Part shown: one piece after another, positions 1 to 10,600 of the stretch | How the letters are laid out: the number at the start of each line of letters is the position of its first letter | How positions within the stretch are numbered: position 1 is the first letter of the stretch | NCBI GenBank assembly: GCA_963813715.1 | Contig: CAWFAK010000007.1 | Span: forward strand, 512,001 to 576,000 | DNA length: 64,000 nucleotides | Reading direction: 5' to 3' | Source: an uncultured Planctomycetaceae bacterium | Lineage (GTDB): Bacteria > Planctomycetota > Planctomycetia > Planctomycetales > Planctomycetaceae | Translations under genes and position numbers: made by a program | The notes under the pieces: model-generated | Told to the model about the DNA's origin: nothing | Databases searched by the model: none | The model's input: the letters and a program-made list of their open reading frames with translations, nothing else

Positions 1-1236
1 CTCGCGGGGCGCGATCAAGCACAAGAGCGGATGCACCGTGCGGAACGTATCCCACAGCGACATGTCGGTGTAATAAGTAAAGCCCTCGGCACGGTGGGTG
101 CGCCCGTCGAAACCGAGATAGTCGCCGTTGACGTCGCTAAAGATGGTCGGCATCTGCAACGCGTGGTAGAGGGCCGTGTAGAACAGGACTTTCTGTCGGG
201 CCGTGCCCCCTTCCACACGGATGCGGCCGAGCATTTCTTCCCATTGGCGAATGCCGTTCGCCAACACCTGGTCGAAGTTCAAGTTGCCGGCTTCGCGCTC
301 CAGATTCTCCCTGGCGTTAGCGAGGCTGACGTACGAAATGGCCAGCTTGAGTTCGACCGTCGGCGGGGAACCGTCCTTCTCGAACATCAGGTCCGCACCG
401 ACATCGTCGCCCGCCGCGCTCGTTTGCCCCGTTTGTGACGAGCCGTCCTTCCAGACCCCGAACGTCGTGAACCGCCGGTTGGCTCGGGCCACGAAATAAA
501 CGGTGATGCCGCCGTAGCGACTCGAAAATGTGCCGAAGGTGTGAGCCGAGCCTTCCACTTCGTTCGCAGCCGGCCGCACGCGCACGGACCCCTGCTTACT
601 CTTGCCGCGGCCGAGGACGCTCGAGACGTGCAGAAGCAGATGCGGAGCGTCGCCGCGAGTGAATTGGTAGCGATGGACGCCCACGCGTCGTGTGGCGGTC
701 AACTCGGCTCGCAGCCCGCGCTCCGGGAGAGTGACGCGGTAATAAGCCGGAAAGGCTTTTTCGTTCTGGTGGGAGTATTTGGCGTTCAAACCCTGTCGCA
801 TCGCGTCGGCCGAGTCGCCTGCCGCAAGCGGAATGACCAAGAAGTTTCCGCCGTCGGTCGCGCCAGTCCCGGCCAATCGCGTGTGGCTGAAGCCGAGAAG
901 CTTCGGATCGCGATAGTAGTAGCCTGATGTATTCGTCGCCCGGCGGCCGGAGCTGGAGACCGTATCGGGACTCAACCGCACCATTCCAAAGGGGACCGTC
1001 GCGCCGGGAAACTCGTTCCCGCAGAGATACGAAACGCCGCCGGTCCCCACGAATGGATTCACCTGCCGGCCGAGTTCGCCGGCTTGAACCGGCTGGGACG
1101 TAGGCGACGGTTCGGCTCCGCGTGCGAACATCAGCGGAACGAACGTCGCGACTGCGACAACAACGCACCAGAGGATCGGTCTGACTCGCTGATAAAGAGG
1201 TGCGCGATCGGTTGGCAGAAGTCGAGAGCCGAACAT
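1..1236 (-). CDS. GH92 family alpha-1,2-mannosidase, N-terminal part (runs off the left edge of the window)
   Basis: Not in the ORF track because there is no stop in the window. Manual translation from ATG at 1236: MFGSRLL...VVVAVATFVPLMFARG (signal-like), then VNPFVGTGG..GNEFPGATVPFGMVRLSPDT..SGYYY..GFSHTRLAGTG, the typical GH92 N-terminus. Confidence 0.85.
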   Translation of the reverse strand, partial: MFGSRLLPTDRAPLYQRVRPILWCVVVAVATFVPLMFARGAEPSPTSQPVQAGELGRQVNPFVGTGGVSYLCGNEFPGATVPFGMVRLSPDTVSSSGRRATNTSGYYYRDPKLLGFSHTRLAGTGATDGGNFLVIPLAAGDSADAMRQGLNAKYSHQNEKAFPAYYRVTLPERGLRAELTATRRVGVHRYQFTRGDAPHLLLHVSSVLGRGKSKQGSVRVRPAANEVEGSAHTFGTFSSRYGGITVYFVARANRRFTTFGVWKDGSSQTGQTSAAGDDVGADLMFEKDGSPPTVELKLAISYVSLANARENLEREAGNLNFDQVLANGIRQWEEMLGRIRVEGGTARQKVLFYTALYHALQMPTIFSDVNGDYLGFDGRTHRAEGFTYYTDMSLWDTFRTVHPLLCLIAPRE

Positions 1237-1241
1237 ACGGA

Positions 1242-2483
1242 TCAGGCGCTCCAACGGGCGAGTTGATTGGTGCGGAGGGCCCGATTCGCCAGATGTGCGG
1301 CCGCCGCGCTCTTGACCCCCTCGGCAACCGGCGCCCGTGGCTGTTTCCGTTCACGGAGGCATTCGATCCAGTTGGCCAGGTGGAGCACTTCCCCGGGAAC
1401 TTCCAGATAGAAATCCTGCCCTCGCGCGTGCGGTCCCAGAATCATCTGCATTTCGGATTCGGGCAGAGGAAGCTTTTTCTTGCGCTCGGGATAGATCTCG
1501 TAGCGGCCCCGATCGAGATAGAGCGTGGCATTCGTGCCCATGAATTCGAGCATCGCGCCGTTGCGGGCGTTGGAAAATGTCCCCTCGAAGTAGACCTGGA
1601 CGCCTCGCCCGGGGTAGCGGAGCACGGTCTGCACCGTGTCGGGAGTCTGCCAGAGATCACCTTTCATGAAGCTCGAGCCTAGGCTGACGGCCTCCTCCGC
1701 GTGGTCCAGGCCCAGGAACCAGTGGGCGACATCGATGTAATGCACCATCAGATCGGTAAAGATTCCCCCGCCGAAATCCCAGAACCAGCGCCAATTGCGG
1801 AAGCGGTATTCGTCGAACGGTTGATCGCGAGCGGTCCCCAAAAATCGCTTCCAATCGACCGACTTGGGATCGATGCCGTAACTCCCCTTCGGCCCGCGAT
1901 CGGCATTGCGATTCCAAGTGAGATGCACTTTGCAGATTTCGCCGAGCGCTCCGCCGCGAATAATGTCGTAGGCTTTTAGAAACTGCGGCATGCTCCGCTG
2001 CTGCATCCCGACCTGAACCACCAGCTCGGGATGCTTCGCCTGCGCCGCGATCACCGCCTCCCCTTCCTCGATCCGATGGGTTAACGGCTTTTCGCAATAG
2101 ACGTGCTTGCCCGCCGCCAGCGCATCGATCACCAGCGGGACGTGCCAATGGTCGGGCGTGCCGATGATCACCGCGTCGACGTCGGCACGTTCCAGCAGCT
2201 TTCGATGATCCTTGGTGGCGAACGCGCCGGGAGCCGCCAGGTCGCGGCCCCTGTCCAGGCTGGTGTCCCAGACATCGCAAACGGCGACGATCTTGGTCCC
2301 GGCAATCTGCTTGAGAGCACTCATCAGCTGCCGGCAGCGTCCGCCCGTGCCGATGCAACCGATACTCACAGTCTCGTTGGCCGGGTAGCCGAGGGCGCCA
2401 GCAGAGTAACCCGCCGTCATGAGTGCGGCCGTGCCGGCCCCCATGCGTCCCAGAAAGTCGCGTCTTGGATGCTCAATGGTCAT
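1242..2483 (-). CDS. Tat-exported Gfo/Idh/MocA family oxidoreductase
   Basis: Tat motif PRRDFL; IGCIGTGGR, TPDHWH, GKHVYCEKP, VQVGMQQRS, NWRWFWDFGGG motifs. Confidence 0.9.
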   Translation of the reverse strand: MTIEHPRRDFLGRMGAGTAALMTAGYSAGALGYPANETVSIGCIGTGGRCRQLMSALKQIAGTKIVAVCDVWDTSLDRGRDLAAPGAFATKDHRKLLERADVDAVIIGTPDHWHVPLVIDALAAGKHVYCEKPLTHRIEEGEAVIAAQAKHPELVVQVGMQQRSMPQFLKAYDIIRGGALGEICKVHLTWNRNADRGPKGSYGIDPKSVDWKRFLGTARDQPFDEYRFRNWRWFWDFGGGIFTDLMVHYIDVAHWFLGLDHAEEAVSLGSSFMKGDLWQTPDTVQTVLRYPGRGVQVYFEGTFSNARNGAMLEFMGTNATLYLDRGRYEIYPERKKKLPLPESEMQMILGPHARGQDFYLEVPGEVLHLANWIECLRERKQPRAPVAEGVKSAAAAHLANRALRTNQLARWSA

Positions 2484-2954
2484 GACAACAGTCTTCGGCC
2501 ACGAAAATCGCACAAAAGCGAGCGCTTGATCGATCGTAGCCGCGACCGTTCGCAAATGCGACGGCGACGGCCTGAGAGACTGCGACAGCCGATCCGCCCT
2601 CGCGACCGATCGCCTTGCCGAGCCCGGGTGTTCACAGAGCTGTGTTCACAGGGGGATACTACAGCGATGCCCGTCGAGAATCGGCACAGCGCGAGCAAGC
2701 TTCATTTGTTCGAGGCCCGCGGCAGCGAGTTTGCACCGTGAAAATGTCGCTCCACTCCATCAATACCCGAGTGAGCTACCTCAGCGTGCTACCAGCGACG
2801 ACATAGAAATAGTTGACGATTGCTCACTTGCCGGAAGATAGGCGTCCACTTATTTTTTCTTCCAACAAGCGGGCCTCGCGGCACCGGGGCGTCCATCCGT
2901 TGATTAGTGAATGCATAAAATCGAAAAAGCAGCGGCAAACAAGGGATCTCGACG

Positions 2955-2983
2955 TTGCCGGTCGCGTTAACGATTGTTAACGT
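2955..2983 (+). promoter_or_regulatory. Putative sigma70 promoter with overlapping palindromic operator
   Basis: TTGCCG-N17-TAACGT. Inverted repeat CGTTAAC-GATT-GTTAACG at 2965-2982 overlaps the spacer and -10, about 50 nt before the ATG at 3032. Confidence 0.4.
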
Positions 2984-3031
2984 GCGATAGTCGAGAAAAA
3001 CCATCTCATTTTCTCTGTAAGGCAAACGCAA

Positions 3032-3385
3032 ATGGCTAAGAAGGCAAACGGATTCAATCTGTCGGAGACAATTCGGGACTATCGAAAGTCCCATCGCGCG
3101 GCATCGGCTCGAGACGCAATGGAAGCCATCAAAAAGAGCCACCCCGATCAAAAGATTAACGACGGCACTTTCAAGAGCACCTTCTATAAGCTGGTCGGCA
3201 ACGGACGAAAGCACTCCGTGCGCCGCGCCAAGCCGATGCGGGGCCGCGGCCGTGGCGGCGACGTCTCCAGCGAAGTGATGCGGGCTGGCCTCACGTTCAT
3301 TCGGCTGGCCGGCAGCGTCGAAGAGGCCCGGCAACATTTGGCCGGTCTCAAGGACCTGATTGAAACGGCCAAGTCGGTCGAGTGA
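3032..3385 (+). CDS. Small basic hypothetical protein, possibly DNA-binding
   Basis: 117 aa, K/R rich; N-terminal helical segment NLSETIRDYRK, basic RGRGRGG linker, C-terminal helix pair FIRLAGSVEEARQHL. Resembles a small-protein type I recall from Planctomycetes. Confidence 0.7.
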   Translation: MAKKANGFNLSETIRDYRKSHRAASARDAMEAIKKSHPDQKINDGTFKSTFYKLVGNGRKHSVRRAKPMRGRGRGGDVSSEVMRAGLTFIRLAGSVEEARQHLAGLKDLIETAKSVE

Positions 3386-3456
3386 TCGGTGGTCCGAGGC
3401 GCGAGCACACGCTAGCCACTCTGCGGGCCGCTAGCGACTCAAAAGCTCGTTTCCGG

Positions 3457-3472
3457 CTGGCACGGCCGATGC
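3457..3472 (+). promoter_or_regulatory. Possible sigma54 -24/-12 promoter
   Basis: CTGGCACGGCCGATGC matches TGGCACG-N4-TTGC with one mismatch (GG-N10-GC intact), about 280 nt upstream of the methyltransferase. Confidence 0.35.
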
Positions 3473-3749
3473 GGATATTGATTCGCGGCCTATTAACGAC
3501 TGCGCTGTCTCGATTGCGCTCGATTGCGTGCGACGGGCCGCCGAATTGGCCCGTAACGTTCACGCGAGCCATCGGCAGTGCGGGTCGCAGCGGATCTTGC
3601 GCATTTTTCTCGCAGGTCTCATCTTCTTGTTGGGACTTGAGAGAATTGCGCAAAGCCGTTGCCGATTAGGTAAGGAGCTTGGGCGCCTGAAAGGGTAGAT
3701 CCGTCTGGCGACTTTGCGGGCACAGTCAGCGTCTGGAAAGTCTCCAACC

Positions 3750-4637
3750 ATGATTCGCGGTCCGGCGATCGAGAAGCGTGCGATCCGCCTGTCGAACGAC
3801 CTGGCGACGCCTTTCTATCGACTCTTCTGGGGTCGCCATATCCACCACGGATTGTGGAACGCGACGGAGAGTCCAGCTGATGCCCAGTCGAACCTGATGG
3901 AAGCCGTAATCCGCGAGGCGCATGTCCGCGGCGGCGAGCGGGTGCTCGACATCGGTTGCGGCATCGGTGCGTCCGCCGTGCATCTCGCCCGAGAATGTGG
4001 CTGCCGGGTTACGGGCGTCACGATCAGTCGCGTCCAACAGCAATGGGCAACGCTGGCTGCCCTGTTCTCCGGAGTCGGGCCGCAGACTCGTTTCCTGGCG
4101 GCTGACGCCGAAACCGTCGAGCTTCCGCAGGGCGGGTTTGACCTGATCTGGATCATCGAGTGCACTGAGTACCTGTTCGATAAGGCTGCGTTCGTTCATC
4201 GCTTGGGAGAATGGCTACGGCCCGGCGGACGCGCCGTGATCTGCGTCTGGGAGACCGGCGACGGCCCGCTTAGCGAAGAGGCAGAGCGCCACGTCTATGA
4301 CGTCTGTGCCGGCTTCGGCTACCCGTCGCTGGCCAGCGGCGAGGAGTATCGTCGCTGGTTCCTCGAGGCCGGCCTCGAAATCGACCACTGCAGCGACTGG
4401 ACGGCGAAAGTCAGCCGGACTTGGGAGATCTCATGGCACGACGCGCAGCATTCGCGAGTGCACTGGTTCGCGCGGCTCATCGGTCGCCAACGATTCACCT
4501 TCTGGGATCATTACCTGGCCATCCTGACCGCTTACCGAACGGGTGCCATGAAATACGAATGCTGGACGCTGTCCAAGCCCATCGCTCCCAGCCCAGCTCG
4601 AGATTCGCAGACACAACCCGCTCCCGTGGCCAATTGA
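3750..4637 (+). CDS. Class I SAM-dependent methyltransferase (tocopherol/sterol methyltransferase-like)
   Basis: WGRHIHHGLW, VLDIGCGIG, VTGVTIS, FDLIWIIE, LRPGG motifs. Confidence 0.85.
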   Translation: MIRGPAIEKRAIRLSNDLATPFYRLFWGRHIHHGLWNATESPADAQSNLMEAVIREAHVRGGERVLDIGCGIGASAVHLARECGCRVTGVTISRVQQQWATLAALFSGVGPQTRFLAADAETVELPQGGFDLIWIIECTEYLFDKAAFVHRLGEWLRPGGRAVICVWETGDGPLSEEAERHVYDVCAGFGYPSLASGEEYRRWFLEAGLEIDHCSDWTAKVSRTWEISWHDAQHSRVHWFARLIGRQRFTFWDHYLAILTAYRTGAMKYECWTLSKPIAPSPARDSQTQPAPVAN

Positions 4638-5034
4638 GCCACCGCTCGCGCCGATTCGCTGAGTCGTCCGTGGCCGTCCTGATCCAAACGACCCAGTGCC
4701 GTACCGTGTTTCCCGGATTTGACGGTTAGAGCGAACTCGCCGGCGCCTTTGTCCGTGCGGGGCGGCCAAACTTTGGCGCTGTTTTTGCGGTTGCCGCTCT
4801 GCAACGTGTCGATCAGAACGGCGCACTCCCCCGCCGTCACGAACGGCACTCCGCCTTTGACCAAATTCTGCGCGAATCGATGTGAAAAAACTGGAGAAGA
4901 TGGTAGGTTTACACACGACCTTGCGGGCAGCGACCGGCGCCACGAGCCGCTAGCTTTGACGAGCCTCTTGAGACTCTGCTGACCGCAATTCCGGTCTAGG
5001 GACCGCGTCCTGGCATCCTAAGGAAGCTGACTCA

Positions 5035-6381
5035 ATGCAGACCCTGAATAGCACCCCGAGTCTTTCGACGGCCAAAAGCGAGCAAGTGCTTCAGCGAGGC
5101 AAGCAATCGATCGCCGGTGGCGATAGCAGCACGATGCGCGTGCTCCCGTATCACCTGCCGCTGGTGGCCGCCCGTGGCCAGGGATCGCGAGTCTGGGACG
5201 TCGACGGCAACGAATACATTGACCTGAACATGGCCTACGGACCGCTGGTTTTGGGCCACTGCCCCGAGCCCGTCATCCGCGCCGTAACCGATCAAATCAC
5301 GAACCGCGGCAGCCAGCTCGGCTTTCCGACGGAAGTCACGATCCGCGTCGCCGAGAAGATCAAGAAGCTCTTCCCGAGCATGGAGCTGATGCGGTTTGCC
5401 AACTCGGGGACCGAGGCCTGCGTGTCGGCCGCCCGCCTGGCGCGGGCCTGGACCGGCCGTCCCAAATTGATCCAATTTGAAGGCCATTACCACGGCTGGA
5501 GCGACACGCTCTTCAATCGTTATCACGCACCGCTGGAAGACCTGCCCACCGGTCCCTACGGCCCGTCGATTCCGGGAACGCAGGGCATGAATGGCGGCCC
5601 GCACGAGAACCTGGTCGTCCGCTGGAACGACGTCGACGGCCTCGAACAGTGCCTCGAAGACCATCGCGGCCAAATCGCCGGCGTGATCATGGAGCCGGTG
5701 ATGGGTAACGCGGGAACCATCCCGCCGCAGCCCGGCTATCTGGAGGCGGTCCGCGCTCTGACGAAGGACCACGAAGCCCTCTTGATCTTCGACGAAGTGA
5801 TCACCGGCATGCGTGTGGCCGCGGGCGGCGCCCAGGAGCTGTACGACATTCAGCCGGACGTCACCGTCATCTCCAAGGGGCTGGGCGGCGGCTATCCGGT
5901 CGCGGCGTTCGGTGCCTCGAAAGAGATCATGCAACTCATCGTGGACGGCAAGATGTTCCACGGCGGAGTTTATTCGGGCAACGCCGTCGTCATGTCGGCC
6001 TCGGAAGTCGTGCTGGACGAGATCATCGCCCATCGCCGCGAGTTCTACGACAAGCTCAACCAGTTCGGGAACGAGCTGACCTCGGGGATGTCGCGAATTC
6101 TGTCCAGCGCGGGCATTCCGCACCTGACGCAGCACGTCGGCCCGATGATTTCGATCTTCCTGACCGACGGGCAGGTCGATTCGCTCAACAACTATCGGGA
6201 AGTCCGCCAGCACTGCGACTTCGCCAAGTACATCCGCCTGCAGCATCTGATGCAGCGTGCGGGCGTCTACTTCCACCCGAACCAATTCGAGCCGCTGTTC
6301 CTTTGCGTCGCGCATTCCAGCGAAGACCTGGCTATCGTATTGGAGAGGTTCGAGCAGGCCGTCGCCGCGCTGCGAGCGTAA
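5035..6381 (+). CDS. Class III PLP aminotransferase (glutamate-1-semialdehyde aminomutase-like)
   Basis: WDVDGNEYID, FANSGTEA, FEGHYHG, LIFDEVITG, ISKGLGGG (PLP lysine). The context is not heme biosynthesis. Confidence 0.9.
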   Translation: MQTLNSTPSLSTAKSEQVLQRGKQSIAGGDSSTMRVLPYHLPLVAARGQGSRVWDVDGNEYIDLNMAYGPLVLGHCPEPVIRAVTDQITNRGSQLGFPTEVTIRVAEKIKKLFPSMELMRFANSGTEACVSAARLARAWTGRPKLIQFEGHYHGWSDTLFNRYHAPLEDLPTGPYGPSIPGTQGMNGGPHENLVVRWNDVDGLEQCLEDHRGQIAGVIMEPVMGNAGTIPPQPGYLEAVRALTKDHEALLIFDEVITGMRVAAGGAQELYDIQPDVTVISKGLGGGYPVAAFGASKEIMQLIVDGKMFHGGVYSGNAVVMSASEVVLDEIIAHRREFYDKLNQFGNELTSGMSRILSSAGIPHLTQHVGPMISIFLTDGQVDSLNNYREVRQHCDFAKYIRLQHLMQRAGVYFHPNQFEPLFLCVAHSSEDLAIVLERFEQAVAALRA

Positions 6382-6582
6382 CGAGGGACCCTGCCGCGTT
6401 TGTCGACATCCCCTTCGACATGAACTGACGAACTGCCCGGCGGTCCCGAAACAGCCGCACCGATTTCAGGGGCCATGCGCCCGGCCGACTGCTCGGAGCG
6501 ATCGGTCGGCTCGCTTTGCCCTTTGACCCGAGCCCAGGATCTCAATCTCCGCCTCCGCGCTCGAGTGAGATGTCGCCGATCC

Positions 6583-8094
6583 ATGGAAGTCGAACTGCAA
6601 GAGGATGGAGTCGCCTTGGCGGCGGCACAGACCCCCAAACCTCGTACCTTCGAGGCGTGGTTGGGCCAATCGGGGGACCCCACTCCGCTTCCGCGAACGG
6701 ACCATCGCCGTCCCGTGTTGGTAGTCGGAGCGGGGCCGGCCGGGCTGGCCGCGATGGCAGCCTTGCAGCAGGCGGGCGTCGAGTTCGAGGGACTGGAATT
6801 CCACAGCCAGGTCGGCGGAATCTGGGACCAGTCGAATCCGCTCAGTAGCGTCTACGACAGCCTGACGACCAACACGTCCCGCTACACGATGCACCTCGGC
6901 TCGGCCATGCCGAGCAGTTGGCCCGACTACCCGCATCATCGGCAGGCACACGGCTATCTGGAGCGGTTCGCCGAAGAGTCCGGCATCCTGCCGCGCATTC
7001 GATTCCTGACGTCCTTCGAAGGCGCCAGACAGTCGGACCACCACACGTGGATTGCCGCTCTGCGGTCGGTTGGCGAACACCAGAGCCATGCCCGGGAGTA
7101 TCGCGCGATCCTGATCGCGACCGGCATGCACAACAAGAAGAACCGGATCTATCCCGAGCCACTCCGCTCACAAGCCGTCGCAAGCGGCCTCGATGTCATT
7201 CATGCGAGTGAGTACCGCAATCCTGCCGGATATGTCGGTAAGCGAGTGCTGGTGGTGGGCCTCGGCGTCTCGGGGACTGATATCGCCAGCGAGATCAGCC
7301 GCGTCGCCTCCCGCACGATGCTCTCCTTCCGCTCGGTGCCGTGGATCGTGCCGCTGAACCTCTTCGGTCGACCGGGAGACCTCGCCGCGCTCAGCAGCAC
7401 CTCGCGGCTTCCGTTCCGGGTGCAGCGCGACTTCTTCCGCATGGTCCGCGCGATGACGGTCGGCGACCCTCGCCGTCTGGGCTTGCCCTTGCCGACGGAC
7501 GGCCTCTGGGACCGCTTCGCTCTTTCCGATCGCGGGATTGTGGAAGCGCTCAGGACCAAACGAGTCGTGGCCTACCAGAACGCAATCGCGATCGAGAATG
7601 GCGTCGCGCAGTTTGACGACGGCCATTCCGAACCGATCGACGCGGTCGTATTTGCCACGGGCTACGAACGAAAATACCCGCTTTGGGATGCGACCACTCC
7701 GCGGGGAAAAACTCTCTCGGAAACACTCCCGTTCTTGATCTTTGACTCGACTGATCCATCGCGAGCCTGTCTTTCCGAGGCGATTTCTCCCTGCGGATGC
7801 TGGCCCATCTTTCGCGAACAGGGACGCGCGATCGCCGCATTTTTTGCCGCCGAACAGGCCGACGCAACGAGCGTGTTGGATTTCAACGCTCGACGATCGT
7901 TGCCCTCCCCGGACGTCAAACGGAACTGGTACAAAAACGCCGACGGCTTTCACGTCAATGCCGGCGCTTATCTCCAGACACTGCAAAAGCTGACGGCGTG
8001 GCTCTCCGCGTCGCGCCGCACGGTCAGCGCCCTTCGTGCCTCATCGTCGCCGGTCGTCGCCGCTCAAGAAGGAGATCTCTCCGGACACTCATGA
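6583..8094 (+). CDS. Flavin-containing monooxygenase (FMO/class B)
   Basis: GAGPAG, VGGIW, GLDVIHASEY (degenerate FxGxxxHxxxY), GLGVSG, VFATGY. Start codon uncertain. Confidence 0.85.
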   Translation: MEVELQEDGVALAAAQTPKPRTFEAWLGQSGDPTPLPRTDHRRPVLVVGAGPAGLAAMAALQQAGVEFEGLEFHSQVGGIWDQSNPLSSVYDSLTTNTSRYTMHLGSAMPSSWPDYPHHRQAHGYLERFAEESGILPRIRFLTSFEGARQSDHHTWIAALRSVGEHQSHAREYRAILIATGMHNKKNRIYPEPLRSQAVASGLDVIHASEYRNPAGYVGKRVLVVGLGVSGTDIASEISRVASRTMLSFRSVPWIVPLNLFGRPGDLAALSSTSRLPFRVQRDFFRMVRAMTVGDPRRLGLPLPTDGLWDRFALSDRGIVEALRTKRVVAYQNAIAIENGVAQFDDGHSEPIDAVVFATGYERKYPLWDATTPRGKTLSETLPFLIFDSTDPSRACLSEAISPCGCWPIFREQGRAIAAFFAAEQADATSVLDFNARRSLPSPDVKRNWYKNADGFHVNAGAYLQTLQKLTAWLSASRRTVSALRASSSPVVAAQEGDLSGHS

Positions 8095-9173
8095 TCGAAA
8101 TACGGACCTTTGACGGCGATCCGGAGGAGTTGGCCGTATTTTGCACGAACGTCTGGAGGACTCGTTACCAGGGGCACATGCCCGTTTGGTTGTGGACCGG
8201 CCCATTTTTCGAATGGGAGCTCTTCTCGGACCAACCGGGGGCACGTGACTTTCTGGTCGCCGCCTACGACGGCACTCGACTTGTGGGTGCCCATCCGGCT
8301 AAGCCCGTTCACTATCACTGGCAAGGCGAAACCGTTTTCGGCACGGCCGGTGCGTATTTCTCCGTCGATCCGGCGTACCAGGACCAGGCCGTTTCGTTGA
8401 AGTTGGTGCTGGAACAGCGCCGGCGGCATCGCGAGCGCGGTGCGAAATTCGACATGGGCTACCTGATCATGGGCGCCCAAGCCGCGATGGGCAAAGAATT
8501 CTGGCTGCGACTGAAGACGATGCAAGTCGTCACCAAGCTCAGCCTCTGGACCCGCATGATCGACCATCGCGCGCTCACCGAATTTTCCGTTTCGGCCCGC
8601 GATCGCTGGGGCTCAAAGCTGATGGGACTCATGCAAGGTCGTCCCAAGCCGCCGGCCGATCCGTCCGCCATTCGTCCCTACCGTGATACCGATCTCCCCG
8701 ACTGCCTAACGTTGGCTCGTGAGCAGAGCCAGGCGGCCGAATTCGGCATTGTGTGGGACGAAGTCTCCCTCGCCCGGCAATTGGCGTTTCCAGGTGTGCC
8801 GCGGACGCTCGTCTTCGAACGAGAGGGACGCGTGCGCGGCTTCGTCAACTTCTCGAAGCAACCGTTCTGGGGTCGCCGCGAGATCCTGGTCGGAATGATC
8901 GATCTGTTATGCGTTCAGCAGCTCAACGCCCGGCAGACGCGCGACCTGTTGAGAGCCGCGTTGGTCGAAATCGCGGAAGCCGGCTGCCACGTGGCCACCT
9001 TGCTGGGCGGGCGAGGGGTGCCCATTGGCTCTCTGCTGCGGACCGGCTTTATCGAGGAGCTGCCACCAGATTATCTTTACGTCGCGCAAGCGATGACGCC
9101 GGATGCGCCCACGCTCAAGAACCAAGCGTGTTCACGCCATCATGCGGTAGTCGGCCTCAAAAGAGCTCGCTGA
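8091..9173 (+). CDS. Tandem GNAT-fold acyltransferase-like protein
   Basis: ATGA overlap with the FMO stop; LVAAYDGTRLVG, FSVDPAYQDQAV, a second IRPYRDTDL repeat and LLRAALVEI..GC. Confidence 0.65.
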   Translation: MIEIRTFDGDPEELAVFCTNVWRTRYQGHMPVWLWTGPFFEWELFSDQPGARDFLVAAYDGTRLVGAHPAKPVHYHWQGETVFGTAGAYFSVDPAYQDQAVSLKLVLEQRRRHRERGAKFDMGYLIMGAQAAMGKEFWLRLKTMQVVTKLSLWTRMIDHRALTEFSVSARDRWGSKLMGLMQGRPKPPADPSAIRPYRDTDLPDCLTLAREQSQAAEFGIVWDEVSLARQLAFPGVPRTLVFEREGRVRGFVNFSKQPFWGRREILVGMIDLLCVQQLNARQTRDLLRAALVEIAEAGCHVATLLGGRGVPIGSLLRTGFIEELPPDYLYVAQAMTPDAPTLKNQACSRHHAVVGLKRAR

Positions 9174-10600
9174 TCGGACTTCCCTGATAGACCTGGTGCG
9201 GCCGCCCCGTTTCGTCATGCCAGGCGACCGTCTCCGGCAAGCCGAGCGATTGATAAATCGTGGCCGCCAAGTTCTCGGGAGTCTTGGGGTTGTTGGCCGG
9301 GAACGCGCCGATCTTGTCCGAGGAGCCGACGACCGCCCCGCCCCGCACTCCACCTCCGGCAAAGAACACTGTCTGGACCGCGCCCCAGTGATCGCGGCCG
9401 GGCAGCTTGTAGAACTGGGGCAGATGACTGATCCGCGGCGTGCGACCGAACTCGCCTGCCATGACGATCAACGTCGAATCGAGTAGCCCGCGATCGTGCA
9501 GATCATCCAACAGCGCCGACACCGCCTGGTCCGTTGGCGGGAACAGTTTGTCGCGCAGATGCGGGAACGCCTCGCCGTGCGTGTCCCACGTTTCGTTGTT
9601 CCCCAAATGCACTTGGACGAGGCTCACGCCGGCTTCGATCAGCCTCGCCGCCATCAAGAGCGACCAGCCAAACGAGTGACGACCGTACCGATCGAGCACC
9701 GACGGCCGGCGCGCGTTCGACGTCGAGCGCGTCGCGAATTCGCCGATCGGTCGAGCAGTCCGATCGCCCCCTGCCGAAACCGGTCGAATTCCTCGACGTC
9801 GGCACAGCGCTCGAGATCGGCCCGCTGGTGATCGACCACACGGAGCAGATCGGCCCGCCGCAGCATGCGACGTGCGACGTCAACGACTGCGGCAGCGACA
9901 GGCTCGGAGCCTCGAACCGCGTCCGCCGCGGCGTGTTCGGCCGATCCTGGTGGTCGAACTCGTACGTCGGAAACGCTCCGTAGCTGGCGTGACTGTACGG
10001 TGCCACCTCGATAAACCACGGATCGTGCCGCGACCCCATCACGCCGGCAAACTGACCCGGAATGGCCCGACGCGTCGCGTGAATCAGGCGATCGGGCAGC
10101 ACGGCCGCGGGCGGCAAATTGTTCCGACGCTGCACCAAGTCTCCCGCCACCGACGCCATCGAGGGCCAATCGGTCGGCTCCGGGGAGACGGGATTGAAGC
10201 CCCGCGGCAGATCGCTTCGCCCCGTCAGCATGATGTGGTGCCCCGCCGAATGATCATTCGACGGGTGCGTGAGCGATCGGCACAGGGCCCACAAGTGGCT
10301 CCGCTGGGCCAGCCGCGGAAGGTGCTCGCAGATCGAAAGGCCGGGCGTGCTCGTGTCGATCGGGCGAAACTCGCCGCGAATATTGGCCGGGGCCAACGGC
10401 TTCATGTCGAAGCTGTCGATCTGCGAGAGGCCGCCCGACAGAAAGATGTAAATCACTCCGCGGGCTTTGGGCTGGGCAATCGGGCTCGCGGCGGCTTGCC
10501 GCAGCGGAGCCAGGTGATTCATTCCCAGCCCCAGCAAGCTGATCGATCCGGCTTCGAGCAGCGTGCGGCGGTCCAGACGCGGATGGTGATCACCGAGCAT
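9157..10600 (-). CDS. DUF1501 family protein (split by frameshifts near 9700-9870)
   Basis: Tat-like DRRTLL, IFLSGGLSQIDSFDMKP, CEHLPRLA; C-terminal part has ARLIEAGV, WDTHG, GEFGRTP, GRDHW. Confidence 0.9.

Noticed and set aside
5035..6381. Calling the aminotransferase hemL
   Set aside because: Motifs diverge from canonical HemL (GGDSSTMR, HGGVYSGN) and no heme genes are nearby.
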